DNA of 32,000 bases from Delftia acidovorans NBRC 14950 (GTDB lineage Bacteria; Pseudomonadota; Gammaproteobacteria; Burkholderiales; Burkholderiaceae_C), in the NCBI RefSeq assembly GCF_001598795.1, contig NZ_BCZP01000036.1, positions 10,689 through 42,688 of the forward strand, written 5' to 3'. Under the pieces are notes generated by a model that saw nothing but the letters and a program-made list of their open reading frames with translations, made no database searches and had not been told where the DNA came from. Position 1 is the first letter of the stretch. Each line of letters begins with the position of its first letter. The position numbers and the translations under genes were made by a program. Shown one piece after another: positions 8,541 to 18,316 of this stretch.

Positions 8541-9224
8541 ATGAACCAGATGCTGCGTGTCCCCCGCGAAGAAACGTCGCTGCGCCTGCGCACGACGCAG
8601 ACCCTGCGCACGGCCATCCTCGATGGCGTGTTTGCGCCGGGCCAGAAGCTGTCCGAGCGCGAACTGTGCGAGAGCCTTGATGTGAGCCGTTCGTGCCTGC
8701 GCGAGTCGCTGCAGCACCTGCAGGCCGAGGGGCTGATCACCATCGTTCCGCACCGGGGCCCCGAGGTCACGGACATCTCGGTGCAGGAGGTGCGCGATAT
8801 CTACGAGGTGCGGGCCAGCCTGGAGGGGCTGGCCAGCCGGGGCTTTGCGCTGCATGCCTCGGCAGGCCAGCGCGCCGCGCTGCGTGCCAAGCTGGGCGAG
8901 CTGGCCGTGCCCGCCGTGGCCAGCGACAAGGTGGCCCTGCTGGCGATCAAGAACCAGTTCTACGACATCCTGATCGAGGGCTGCGGCAATCTGGTGGCCG
9001 GCCAGATGCTGCGGCAGCTGAACAACCGCGTGACGGTGCTGCGGCGCATCTCCATGTCCCAGCCCGGGCGCCTGCCGCAGACGCTGGCCGAGCTGGATGC
9101 CATCGTGGCGGCGATAGAGCAGGGCGACGCGGACCAGGCTGCGCGCCTGAGCGCCGAGCATGTGCAAAAGGCCGGCCAGGGCGTGTTGCGCGCCATGGCC
9201 GAGAAGGCAGGCCCGGCCAGCTGA
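8541..9224 (+). CDS. GntR-family transcriptional regulator (FadR/FCD subfamily)
   Basis: It has an N-terminal winged HTH (LRTAILDGVFAPGQKLSERELCESLDVSRSCLRESLQHLQAEGLI) and a helical C-terminal FCD-like domain. The start was set at ATG 8541 (MNQML); ATG 8550 is possible. Confidence 0.85.
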   Translation: MNQMLRVPREETSLRLRTTQTLRTAILDGVFAPGQKLSERELCESLDVSRSCLRESLQHLQAEGLITIVPHRGPEVTDISVQEVRDIYEVRASLEGLASRGFALHASAGQRAALRAKLGELAVPAVASDKVALLAIKNQFYDILIEGCGNLVAGQMLRQLNNRVTVLRRISMSQPGRLPQTLAELDAIVAAIEQGDADQAARLSAEHVQKAGQGVLRAMAEKAGPAS

Positions 9225-9263
9225 TGCCGGGGCCTGTGCCTGGGGGTGTCAGTCCGTGTGCGC

Positions 9264-10283
9264 TCAGTCCGGCTTGACCTGGGCGCGCTTGAGCACCTTT
9301 TGCCAGCGTGCCTGCTCGGTGGCAATGAACTGCGCGAACTGCTGGGGCGTGCTGCCGATGGGCTCGGCCGCATCGCCCTGCAGGCGCTTGAGCGCGTCCG
9401 GCGCCTTGACGGCCTTGGCGCATTCGGCGGCCAGCTTGTCCACGTGGGCTCGGGTCATGCTGGAGGGGGCGAGCATGCCGTACCACTGCGTCATCTCGAA
9501 GCCAGGGAAGCCCTGCTCGGCCACGGTGGGCACGTCGGGCAACTGGGGCAGGCGCTGGGTCGATCCCGTGGCGATGCAGCGCACCTTGCCTGCCTTGATG
9601 AAGGGCAGCAGGGCGGCAGCGCCGACCGAGGCGGCGTCCAGGCGGCCCGACATCAGGTCCGTCATCATCGGCCCCGTGCCGCGATAGGGCACGTGCAGCA
9701 TGAAGATCTCGGCCGTCATCTTCAGGTACTCGAAGGCCAGGTGCCCGGCGCTGCCATTGCCGGCCGAGCCGTAGCTGAGCTGGCCGGGCTTCTTCTTGGC
9801 GTAGGCGATGAGTTCGCGCAGGTTCTTGACCGGCACATCGGGGTGGACCACGTAGAGGCTGGGCACCTTGGCCAGCAGGCTGACGGGCTGGAAGTCCTTG
9901 TTCGCGTCGTAGGGCAGCTTGTCGAAGATGTAGGGATTGACGGCCAGCGTGCCGATGTGGCCCAGGATGACGGTGCTCTGGTCATCGGCGCGCGCCACTT
10001 CCTGCATGGCGATGTTGCCGGCCGCGCCGGGCTTGTTGTCCACGAAGACGTTCTGGCCCAGGGTCTTGGACAGCTCGGCGGCCGTGGAGCGCGCCACGAT
10101 TTCCGAGCTGCCGCCCGGCGCAAAGGGCACGACAAAGCGGATGGGGCGCGTGGGCCAGGCGTCCTGCGCCAGCGCGGCCGCAGGCAGCAGGCCCGACAGG
10201 GCCATGGCGCCCGTGCCGGCCAGCAGTTGGCGGCGGCCGAGCAGGGGCAGGTCTGCGTGGTGAAGAAAGTCGCGCGAAGGCAT
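9264..10283 (-). CDS. Bug-family (TctC-like) substrate-binding protein
   Basis: It has a signal sequence with an RR motif (LLGRRQLLAGTGAMAL) followed by PTRPIRFVVPFAPGGSSEIVARS. It is 339 aa. Confidence 0.85.
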   Translation of the reverse strand: MPSRDFLHHADLPLLGRRQLLAGTGAMALSGLLPAAALAQDAWPTRPIRFVVPFAPGGSSEIVARSTAAELSKTLGQNVFVDNKPGAAGNIAMQEVARADDQSTVILGHIGTLAVNPYIFDKLPYDANKDFQPVSLLAKVPSLYVVHPDVPVKNLRELIAYAKKKPGQLSYGSAGNGSAGHLAFEYLKMTAEIFMLHVPYRGTGPMMTDLMSGRLDAASVGAAALLPFIKAGKVRCIATGSTQRLPQLPDVPTVAEQGFPGFEMTQWYGMLAPSSMTRAHVDKLAAECAKAVKAPDALKRLQGDAAEPIGSTPQQFAQFIATEQARWQKVLKRAQVKPD

Positions 10284-10406
10284 GTCTGGTCTCCTGGCTA
10301 TCGTTGTAGTGAATGGGCAGCGGATGCGGCGCCAGCGATGGTGGCGCCGGCGGCTGTCAATCTGCTGTCAAACCAGGGTCTGCAGGCTACGGAGATACCC
10401 GGGGGA

Positions 10407-11780
10407 TCAGGCTTTTCCCTCGGCTCCCAGGGCCTGGCCGATGGCCTCGGCCGCCTGCAGGCCGCTGCGCACGGCGCCTTCGATGGTGGCCGGATACGGT
10501 CCATCCACATGGTCGCCGCAGGCCCACAGGCCGTGGCCCAACTCCATGCCGGGGCGCTGCAGCTGCGGCAGGCAGGCGAAGGTGGCGCGCTTGTCGATCA
10601 CGGTGCGTAGCGCTACCAGTCCATGCCAGCCCAACTGCGCCTGGGCCTGGGCCAGCACCTGGGCCTGCAGGGTTTCGCGGTCCGATGCGCTGTCGCTGAT
10701 GACGAAGGCCATCAGGCCCTGCGGGCCGCCGAGTTGCCCACGGTCGAAGACGAATTGCGCAGGCGCATCGGGCGTGGAGCGCAGCGCCAGCCAGGGCGCG
10801 CCCGGGGGCAAGGTGTGGGAGGAATCGCCGGTCTGCGCATAGACGGTGGCAATGGGGCGGTGCTGCAGGTCCTGGGCCAGTTGCGCCCAGCGCTGCAGGG
10901 CTATGCCGTCGCGTGCAGGCAGGCTGTCGTGCTCGGCGGCGGTGAGTGCAAGGCGCGCCGCTTCGGGCGCGGGGCAGGCCAGCAGCACGGCGTCAAAGGG
11001 CGCGTCTTCGCCCTGGGCTGCGCCCAGCGTCCAGTGCGGTCCCTGGGGCTGCAGTTCGGCCACGCGGCTGCCAAGGCGCACGGCGTGGCCGCGCTCTTGT
11101 AGCCACTGCGCGGCGGGCGCCGGGAACAGGCCGCCCAGGTCACGGCGCGGCACCAGGAAATGCGAGCCGCCACGGCCGCTGAACAGCGCATCGCGCAGCA
11201 CGCGAAGGAACACCGTGCCGCTGGCCAGGTGAATGGGCGTGTTGAGCGCCGAGATGCACAGCGGGTCGATGAACTCGCTGACCAGGCGCTGCGGCAGGCC
11301 GGCGCACAGGTCGGCCACGGTGGCTTGCGGCGCGCAGCGAAAGCCCGCCAGCCGCCAGCGCACGGCGCGCGCCAGCAGGGCTGCACGCTCGCCCAGACTC
11401 CAGCCGCGTGCGGTGGCAATGCCGGCCAGCGCATCCAGCGGCGCAGGCCAGTCGGGAAAGCGCAGGCCGCTGCCATCGATATAGGGCAGGGCCATGGGCT
11501 GGCGGTGCAGGGCCTGTTCAGGGTCCACGCCCATCTCGCGCATGAGGCGCAGGCTTTCGGTGTACGCACCGATGAGGATGTGCTGGCCGTTGTCTACGCG
11601 CAGCGGGCCCTGTGGCGTGTCGAGGTCCATGCCGCGCGCACGGCCGCCGGGCTCGCGTGCGGCCTCGTGCAATGTGATGTGCCATCCGCTGCGCGCCAGC
11701 GTGAGGGCGGCCGCGAAGCCGGCCCAGCCTCCGCCGAGGATGGCGGCGCGCGGCGTGCCCTTGGCGCTGTCTCTGCTCAC
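10407..11780 (-). CDS. hpnE: hydroxysqualene dehydroxylase (squalene-associated FAD-dependent desaturase)
   Basis: It has an FAD dinucleotide-binding motif (AILGGGWAGFAAALTLA...LHEA...GGRA), is about 450 aa, and lies directly downstream of hpnC-hpnD. The preferred start is GTG 11780, which forms a GTGA overlap with the hpnD stop. The track start 11822 is an alternative. Confidence 0.8.
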   Translation of the reverse strand: MSRDSAKGTPRAAILGGGWAGFAAALTLARSGWHITLHEAAREPGGRARGMDLDTPQGPLRVDNGQHILIGAYTESLRLMREMGVDPEQALHRQPMALPYIDGSGLRFPDWPAPLDALAGIATARGWSLGERAALLARAVRWRLAGFRCAPQATVADLCAGLPQRLVSEFIDPLCISALNTPIHLASGTVFLRVLRDALFSGRGGSHFLVPRRDLGGLFPAPAAQWLQERGHAVRLGSRVAELQPQGPHWTLGAAQGEDAPFDAVLLACPAPEAARLALTAAEHDSLPARDGIALQRWAQLAQDLQHRPIATVYAQTGDSSHTLPPGAPWLALRSTPDAPAQFVFDRGQLGGPQGLMAFVISDSASDRETLQAQVLAQAQAQLGWHGLVALRTVIDKRATFACLPQLQRPGMELGHGLWACGDHVDGPYPATIEGAVRSGLQAAEAIGQALGAEGKA

Positions 11781-12622
11781 CGCGCCATGCGTCCCAGCGC
11801 CTGCATCTTCCAGGCCAGCCACAGCTTGCGCAGCGGCGGCAGGCTGATGCGCTGGTGCAGCACGCGGAAGTCGTCGGCCTCGATCTCGCGCAGCAGGGTG
11901 CGGTAGATGCTGGCCATCATCAGGCCGGGCTTTTGCGTGCGGCGGTCGGCGGCGGGCAGCAGGGCCAGGGCCTCGTCGTAGAGGCGGTGGGCGCGCTCGG
12001 CCTGAAAGCGCATCAGCGCGGTGAAGCGGTCCGAGTATTCGCGCTTGGTGATCTCATGCGCCTTGACGTCGAACTGCTGCAGCTCGCTGATGGGCAGGTA
12101 GATGCGTCCGCGCATGGCGTCCTCGCCCACGTCGCGGATGATGTTGGTCAGCTGGAAGGCCAGGCCCATCTTGTGGGCGTAGGCGGTGGTTTCTTCCTGT
12201 GTCTGGCCAAAGATGCGCGCGGCCACTTCACCGACCACGCCTGCGACCAGGTGGCAGTAGCGCGTCAGGCCCTGGAAGTCCAGGTAGCGGGTCTGCTCCA
12301 GGTCCATGCGGCAGCCGTCGATGACCGCCTGCAGGTGGCGCTCCTCGATGGCGTAGACCGGGGCGTGCGGCATGAGCGCCCGCATCACGGGATGGGAGGG
12401 CTTGCCTGCAAAGGCCTGGTGCACTTCGTTTTGCCACCAGCCGAGCTTGGTGGCGGCCACGCCGGGGTCGGAGACTTCGTCCACCACGTCGTCCACTTCG
12501 CGGCAGAACGCATAAAAGGCGGTGATGGCGGCACGGCGCTCGCGCGGCAGGAAGAGGAAGGCGTAATAAAAGCTGCTGCCCGAGGCGGCAGCCTTGTCTT
12601 GGACGTACTGATCCGGATTCAT
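11777..12622 (-). CDS. hpnD: presqualene diphosphate synthase
   Basis: It belongs to the squalene/phytoene synthase family, with SSFYYAFLFLP, FYAFCREVDDVVDE and NIIRDVGEDA...GRIYLP. The start was set at ATG 12622 (MNPDQY). Confidence 0.85.
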   Translation of the reverse strand: MNPDQYVQDKAAASGSSFYYAFLFLPRERRAAITAFYAFCREVDDVVDEVSDPGVAATKLGWWQNEVHQAFAGKPSHPVMRALMPHAPVYAIEERHLQAVIDGCRMDLEQTRYLDFQGLTRYCHLVAGVVGEVAARIFGQTQEETTAYAHKMGLAFQLTNIIRDVGEDAMRGRIYLPISELQQFDVKAHEITKREYSDRFTALMRFQAERAHRLYDEALALLPAADRRTQKPGLMMASIYRTLLREIEADDFRVLHQRISLPPLRKLWLAWKMQALGRMAR

Positions 12623-12689
12623 ATGGGGCCGGATTGTCCCATGGACGGCTGGGAGCCAAAGCCTGGGTGTCGCAACGGCCGGCCCGCCA

Positions 12690-13574
12690 TCACATGCGCA
12701 GGGCGCGCCACAGCAGCAGCGGGGCATCGGCCTTGCCGACGGTGGGGCGGCGGTAGAGGCTGGCGCCCTGCAGCGCATCGACCTTGTCCAGGATGCGCAG
12801 CCCGCCCTGCACGACCAGACGCAGCTCCCAGCCGATGCGGCCCGGCAGGCGGTGCACCAGCGGTGCGCCGGACTGCATCAGGGCGCGCGCCCAGGCCGAT
12901 TGGTCGGCCAGCAGCGCGCGCACGGCAGGGGTCAGTGCAGCGGGCTCGGCGCGCAGGTCTTCACGCCGCACGCCGTGGGCGGTGCAGTCTGCATCGGTCA
13001 GGTAGTGGCGCCCGCGCGGCAGGTCCACGCTGAAGTCCTGCCAGAAATTGATCAGTTGCAGGGCGGTGCAGATGGCGTCGCTGCGGGCCAGCGATTCGGC
13101 ATCATCCACCCCGTACAGATGCAGCAGCAACCGGCCCACGGGGTTGGCCGAGCGGCGGCAGTAGTCGAGCAGCTCGGCGCGGTCGGCGTAGGTGGTGCCG
13201 GACTCGGTCTTGTGCACGTCCTGCGCGAAGGCGCTGAGCAGGTCGTCCATCAGCGCCAGCGGCAGCTGGTGGGCGCGTACTTGCGGTGCCAGCCCCGCAA
13301 AGACGAGGGGCCAGGCCGTGCGGGCGAGCATGGAGGCCTCGCTTTCGGTGCCCAGCGCCATCAGGTCGGCACGGTAGGCGGCCAGCGCGGCCAGGCGCTC
13401 GGACGGCGTGGCGTCGCCCTCGTCGGCCAGATCGTCTGCAGTGCGTGCGAAGTGGTAGAGCGCGGCAATCGGCGGGCGCAAGCGGGGCGGGCACAGCCAG
13501 GACGCCACGGGAAAGTTCTCGTAGTGCGTGACCGGGGCGGGGGAGGCGGGCAGGGTGGGAGCGGTGGACTTCAC
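12690..13574 (-). CDS. hpnC: hydroxysqualene synthase (squalene synthase HpnC)
   Basis: It belongs to the squalene/phytoene synthase family, with HYENFPVAS, ALYHFARTADDLADEG and INFWQD...D...GR.YL. It is the first gene of the hpnCDE arrangement. Confidence 0.85.
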   Translation of the reverse strand: MKSTAPTLPASPAPVTHYENFPVASWLCPPRLRPPIAALYHFARTADDLADEGDATPSERLAALAAYRADLMALGTESEASMLARTAWPLVFAGLAPQVRAHQLPLALMDDLLSAFAQDVHKTESGTTYADRAELLDYCRRSANPVGRLLLHLYGVDDAESLARSDAICTALQLINFWQDFSVDLPRGRHYLTDADCTAHGVRREDLRAEPAALTPAVRALLADQSAWARALMQSGAPLVHRLPGRIGWELRLVVQGGLRILDKVDALQGASLYRRPTVGKADAPLLLWRALRM

Positions 13575-13748
13575 GGTGGCCGATTGTCGATGCTGCGCGC
13601 AAGGCCATGCATTTCACTTGACGGGCTCAAGGGCTTCTCCTAAATTACTAACCCGTCAGTCAGTAAACGGCGCCAGCCAGCTGCCGCGGCATGTTGCCCG
13701 GATCTTGCAGCCCGCAGCCGCTTTTCGCACCAGCCCTCCCGGATCCAC

Positions 13749-14984
13749 ATGCCCGACTTGCCATCGAACCCTGCCGCGCCTGCTTTGCCGCGCCATCTTC
13801 TTCTTGCCCCTCTGTGCCTGGCCGCCGCGCTGGCGCTGGGCGCCTGCTCCAAGGCCGAGCCGCCGCCCGAGCCGGTGCGCGCCGTCAAGCTGCTTACCGT
13901 AGGCGTGGGCGCGCTGGACACGCAACTGGAGTACGCGGGCGAGGTGCGCGCGCGCATAGAGTCGCGCCTGGGCTTTCGCGTGGCCGGCAAGCTCGTTCGC
14001 CGCGAGGTGGAACTGGGCCAGCACGTGCAGGCAGGCCAGTTGCTGGCGCGGCTCGATGCCAGCGACTACCGGTTGGGAGCTGACGCCGCGCGCGCCCAGG
14101 TGGCGGCCGCGACCACGCAGCGCGATCTTGCCGCTGCCGATGTGAGGCGTTACTCGCAGCTGAAGGCGCAGAACTTCATCAGTGGTGCGGAGCTGGAGCG
14201 GCGAGAGGCCACGCTCAAGTCCGCCCAAGCCACGCTGGACCAGGCCAAGGCGCAGCTGGCATCGCAGAGCAATCAGGAGTCCTACGCGCAGTTGCTGGCC
14301 GATGTGCCCGGCGTGGTGACCGGCATAGACGCCGAACCCGGCCAGGTGGTGTCGGCCGGATCGCCCGTGGTGCGCATTGCCCAGGATGGCCCGCGCGACG
14401 TGGTCTTCGTGGTGCCCGAAGACAAGCGCGGTGCCATCCGCGTGGGCCAGAAGGTGAATGTGCGCCCATGGTCGGCCGGCATGCAGCCGCTGCAGGGCCA
14501 GGTGCGCGAGGTGGCGGCCAGTGCCGATCCCGTCACGCGAACCTACCAGGTGAAGGTGGCACTGCCTGCGTCGGATGCGGCTGCCGTGCCGCCGCTGGGC
14601 GCGACGGTCCATGCGCTGCCCGAGGGCATGGGCCCCACGGGCCAGCCCGTGATCAAGCTGCCGACCACAGCGCTGCGCCAGGAAGGCGGCGGCGGCCAGG
14701 GCACGGCCGTGTGGGTGTTCGACGCCGCCAGCAGCACGGTGAAGCTGCAGCCCGTGCAACTGGCCACGGCCGATGGCAACGAGGCCGTGATTGCCGCAGG
14801 CCTGACGCCCGGCATGCAGGTGGTGGCCGCCGGCGTGCATGTGCTCACGCCAGGCCAGAAGGTCACGGTCTATCAGGACCGTTATGACAAGGCCCCGCAG
14901 CCGGCACAGCAGCGGCCGCAACAGACACAGCCTGCACAGGCGCCTGCCGCCGCAGGCGCTGCGCCCAGCGGAGCGGCCCAATGA
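13749..14984 (+). CDS. efflux RND transporter periplasmic adaptor (membrane fusion) lipoprotein
   Basis: It has a lipobox (LALGAC), a HlyD/AcrA-like layout (coiled-coil hairpin region with RAQVAAA...AQATLDQAKAQL, then beta-barrel segments), and a 4-nt ATGA overlap with the downstream RND pump gene. Confidence 0.85.
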   Translation: MPDLPSNPAAPALPRHLLLAPLCLAAALALGACSKAEPPPEPVRAVKLLTVGVGALDTQLEYAGEVRARIESRLGFRVAGKLVRREVELGQHVQAGQLLARLDASDYRLGADAARAQVAAATTQRDLAAADVRRYSQLKAQNFISGAELERREATLKSAQATLDQAKAQLASQSNQESYAQLLADVPGVVTGIDAEPGQVVSAGSPVVRIAQDGPRDVVFVVPEDKRGAIRVGQKVNVRPWSAGMQPLQGQVREVAASADPVTRTYQVKVALPASDAAAVPPLGATVHALPEGMGPTGQPVIKLPTTALRQEGGGGQGTAVWVFDAASSTVKLQPVQLATADGNEAVIAAGLTPGMQVVAAGVHVLTPGQKVTVYQDRYDKAPQPAQQRPQQTQPAQAPAAAGAAPSGAAQ

Positions 14985-17900
14985 GCGGGCCCAAACACAA
15001 GGCGCCGCAGGGCGGGCACTTCAATCTTTCGCGCTGGGCGCTGGACCATGTGGCGCTGACGCGCTATTTCATCGTCGTGCTGCTCCTGCTGGGCTTTGCC
15101 TCGTACTTCCAGCTGGGGCAGGACGAGGACCCGCCCTTCACCTTCCGCGCCATGGTCGTGCGCACCAACTGGCCCGGCGCCACGGCGCAGCAGATGGCCG
15201 AGCAGGTCACCGACAAGATCGAGCGCACGCTGCAGGAGGTGCCCTACGCCGACAAGATCAGCAGCTACTCCAAGCCCGGCGAGTCGATGATCATCTTCCA
15301 GCTCAAGGACAACTCGCGCCCCGGCGATGTCCAGCAGCTGTGGTACACGGTGCGCAAGAAGATTGGCGACATGCGCTACACCCTGCCGCAGGGCGTGCAG
15401 GGGCCGTTCTTCAATGACGAGTTCGGCGATGTCTATGGCGTGATCTACGCCCTGCAGGCCGACGGCTTCAGCTACGCCGAGCTCAAGACCATGGCCGACG
15501 ACGTGCGCCAGCGCCTGCTGCGCGTGCCCGACGTGGCGAAGGTCGAGCTGTTCGGCGTGCAGGACGAGAAGGTCTACATCGAGCTGTCGCAGCGCCGCCT
15601 GTCGCAGCTGGGCCTGGACATGAACCAGGTGCTCGGCCAGCTGGGCCAGCAAAACGCCATCGAAGGCGCAGGCGTGCTGCAGACTCCGCGCGAGGACGTG
15701 CAGGTGCGCGTGGCCGGCCAGTTCCTGGCGGTGGATGAGCTGCGCGCCATGCCCATCCGCGGCGCATCGGGCGCGCAGCTGCGCCTGGGCGATATCGCCG
15801 AGATCCGCCGCGGCTATGCCGATCCGGCCAATGTGAAGGTGCGCCACCAGGGCCGCGAGACGATTGCCCTGGGCGTGTCCATGACCAAGGGCGGCGACAT
15901 CATCCGCCTGGGCAAATCCCTGCGCGGCGCCGTGGGCGACATCGCACGCACGCTGCCGGCCGGCGTGGAGCTGGCCAACATGCAGGACCAGCCCAAGGCC
16001 GTGGCCGATTCGGTCAACGAGTTCCTGCAGGTGCTGATCGAGGCCGTGGTGGTGGTGCTGGCCGTGAGCTTCATCAGCCTGGGCCTGCACAAGCGCGAGG
16101 GCCACCAGCCGCTGTGGAAGCGCTGGTACATCGATCCGCGCCCGGGCCTGGTGGTGGCCATCACCATTCCGCTGGTGCTGGCCGCGACCTTCCTGGCCAT
16201 GTGGTACTGGAACATCGGCCTGCACAAGGTGTCGCTGGGCTCGCTGATCATCGCGCTGGGCCTGCTGGTGGACGACGCCATCATTGCCGTCGAGATGATG
16301 GTGCGCAAGATGGAGGAGGGCTACGAGAAGTACCGCGCCGCCACCTTCGCCTACGAGATCACGGCCAAGCCCATGCTGACCGGCACGCTGATCACGGCGG
16401 CGGGCTTCCTGCCCATCGGCATGGCCAAGTCCATGACGGGCGAGTACACCTTCGCCATCTTCGCGGTGACGGTGATTGCGCTGGTGCTCAGCTGGTTCGC
16501 CTCGGTGTACTTCGTGCCCTACCTGGGCATGCTGCTGCTCAAGCGCCCGCCGCACGCGGCCACGCTGCCGCCCGAGGTGGCCTCGGGCGAGGTGCCCATC
16601 GAGGAGACCAACCTCAATGCCTCGTCGGCCGAGCATGAAGTCTTCGACAGCCCGTTCTACAACCGCTTCCGGCGCGCCGTGAACTGGTGCGTGACGCACC
16701 GCTGGCTGACCATCGCCATCACGGTGCTGGTCTTCGCGCTGGGCCTGGTGGGCATGTCGCGCGTGCAGCAGCAGTTCTTCCCGGATTCCAGCCGGCCCGA
16801 AGTGCTGGTGGACATCTGGTTCCCCGAGGGCACGTCGCTGGCCGCCAACGAAGCCGTCACGCGCCGCGTGGAAGAGCGCTTCATGCAGCTGGACGGCGTG
16901 CGCACGGTCAGCGAGTGGGTGGGCTCGGGCGTGCCGCGTTTCTACCTGCCGCTGGACCAGGTGTTCCCGCAGAACAACGTCTCGCAGTTCATCCTGGTCG
17001 CCCAGGACCTGCCCACGCGCGAGCGTCTGCGCAAATCGCTGCCGGCGCTGTTGGCCCAGGAGTTCCCCGAGGTGCGCGGCCGCGTCAAGCTGCTGCCCAA
17101 CGGGCCTCCCGTGCCCTATCCGGTGCAGTTCCGCGTGTCCGGCACCGATCCGCAAAAGCTGCGTGCCTATGCCGACGAGGTCAAGCAGGTCATGATCGCC
17201 AACGCCGACATGCGCGGCGTCAACGACAACTGGAATGAGTCCGTCAAGGCCGTGCGCCTGGAGGTGGACCAGGACAAGGCGCGCGCCCTGGGCGTGAGCA
17301 GCCAGGCCATCGCCCAGGCGGCCCGCGTCATGCTCAGCGGCTCCACCGTGGGCCAGTTCCGCGAGGGTGACAAGCTCATCGACATCGTGCTGCGCACGCC
17401 GTATTCGGAGCGCGATGCCATCACCGACATCGCCAACGCCTACCTGCCCACGGCGTCGGGCAAGTCGATCCCGCTCACGCAGATCGCCAAGCCTGTGATG
17501 GTCTGGGAGCCCGGCGTGATGTGGCGAGAAAAGCGCATGTTCGCCATCACGGTGCAGGGCGATGTGCGCGAGGGCCTGCAGGGCGCAACGCTGACCCATG
17601 CGCTGCTGCCGGGCCTGCGCGAGATCGAGGCGCGCTGGCATGCCGCAGGCGACACGGCCTACCGCATCGATGTGGCGGGCGCCGTGGAGGAAAGCTCCAA
17701 GGGCTCTGACGCCATCGTCGCTGGTGTGCCCGTGATGCTGTTCCTCACCTTCACGCTGCTCATGCTGCAGTTGCGCAGTGTCAGCCGCTCACTGCTGGTG
17801 TTCATCACCGGGCCGCTGGGCATTCCCGGCGTGGCGGCGGCGCTGCTGCTGTTGGGCCGGCCCTTCGGCTTCGTGGCGCTGCTGGGCGTGGTGGCGCTGA

Positions 17901-18196
17901 TGGGCATGATCCAGCGCAATTCGGTGATCCTGATCGACCAGATCGAGACCGATCGCGCGCGCGGCGTGCCGGCCTGGGACGCCATCATCGAAGCCGCCGT
18001 GCGCCGCCTGCGCCCCATCGTGCTGACGGCTGCCGCCGCCGTGCTGGCCATGATCCCGCTGTCGCGCAGCGTGTTCTGGGGCCCCATGGCCGTGGCCATC
18101 ATGGGCGGGCTGATCGTGGCCACGGTGCTGACACTGCTGGCGCTGCCGGCCATGTACGCCGCCGTGTTCCGCGTGCGCCGCGAGCCCACGCATTGA
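14981..18196 (+). CDS. efflux RND transporter permease (AcrB/HAE1-like)
   Basis: A 1071-aa protein with a 12-TM architecture and two large periplasmic loops. It has the typical N-terminus (FNLSRWALDH...) and conserved TM4 region (ALGLLVDDAIIAVE). Confidence 0.9.
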   Translation: MSGPKHKAPQGGHFNLSRWALDHVALTRYFIVVLLLLGFASYFQLGQDEDPPFTFRAMVVRTNWPGATAQQMAEQVTDKIERTLQEVPYADKISSYSKPGESMIIFQLKDNSRPGDVQQLWYTVRKKIGDMRYTLPQGVQGPFFNDEFGDVYGVIYALQADGFSYAELKTMADDVRQRLLRVPDVAKVELFGVQDEKVYIELSQRRLSQLGLDMNQVLGQLGQQNAIEGAGVLQTPREDVQVRVAGQFLAVDELRAMPIRGASGAQLRLGDIAEIRRGYADPANVKVRHQGRETIALGVSMTKGGDIIRLGKSLRGAVGDIARTLPAGVELANMQDQPKAVADSVNEFLQVLIEAVVVVLAVSFISLGLHKREGHQPLWKRWYIDPRPGLVVAITIPLVLAATFLAMWYWNIGLHKVSLGSLIIALGLLVDDAIIAVEMMVRKMEEGYEKYRAATFAYEITAKPMLTGTLITAAGFLPIGMAKSMTGEYTFAIFAVTVIALVLSWFASVYFVPYLGMLLLKRPPHAATLPPEVASGEVPIEETNLNASSAEHEVFDSPFYNRFRRAVNWCVTHRWLTIAITVLVFALGLVGMSRVQQQFFPDSSRPEVLVDIWFPEGTSLAANEAVTRRVEERFMQLDGVRTVSEWVGSGVPRFYLPLDQVFPQNNVSQFILVAQDLPTRERLRKSLPALLAQEFPEVRGRVKLLPNGPPVPYPVQFRVSGTDPQKLRAYADEVKQVMIANADMRGVNDNWNESVKAVRLEVDQDKARALGVSSQAIAQAARVMLSGSTVGQFREGDKLIDIVLRTPYSERDAITDIANAYLPTASGKSIPLTQIAKPVMVWEPGVMWREKRMFAITVQGDVREGLQGATLTHALLPGLREIEARWHAAGDTAYRIDVAGAVEESSKGSDAIVAGVPVMLFLTFTLLMLQLRSVSRSLLVFITGPLGIPGVAAALLLLGRPFGFVALLGVVALMGMIQRNSVILIDQIETDRARGVPAWDAIIEAAVRRLRPIVLTAAAAVLAMIPLSRSVFWGPMAVAIMGGLIVATVLTLLALPAMYAAVFRVRREPTH

Positions 18197-18316
18197 TGCG
18201 GCGAAAACGCAGAGGCCGCCGCTCAAATCCGGGGTATGGCAATGCACCCCGCAATTGCGGCTAGAATCTGCGCCCTGACCTAGGAGCCGCCGCGCAGGCG
18301 GCTCCCCCAAGAACCA

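Noticed and set aside
5979-10283. Two Bug/TctC binding proteins without TctA/TctB membrane partners, considered as an anomaly.
   Set aside because: Orphan Bug-family binding proteins are known to be massively expanded in Bordetella, Cupriavidus and Comamonadaceae genomes, so the missing partners are expected.
14882-17641. A 919-aa ORF on the minus strand, plus similar long antisense ORFs (13656-14981 -, 15814-16308 -, 17659-18189 -).
   Set aside because: They lie antisense to the well-supported adaptor and RND genes. Their translations are Arg/Gly/Ala/His-rich low-complexity sequence typical of shadow ORFs in high-GC DNA.
13749-18196. The RND pair next to hpnCDE as the hopanoid transporter HpnN.
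   Set aside because: As I recall it, HpnN is a shorter RND protein that works without a dedicated adaptor. This pump is a 1071-aa AcrB-like protein with its own lipoprotein adaptor. The link is kept only as a low-interest co-localisation note.
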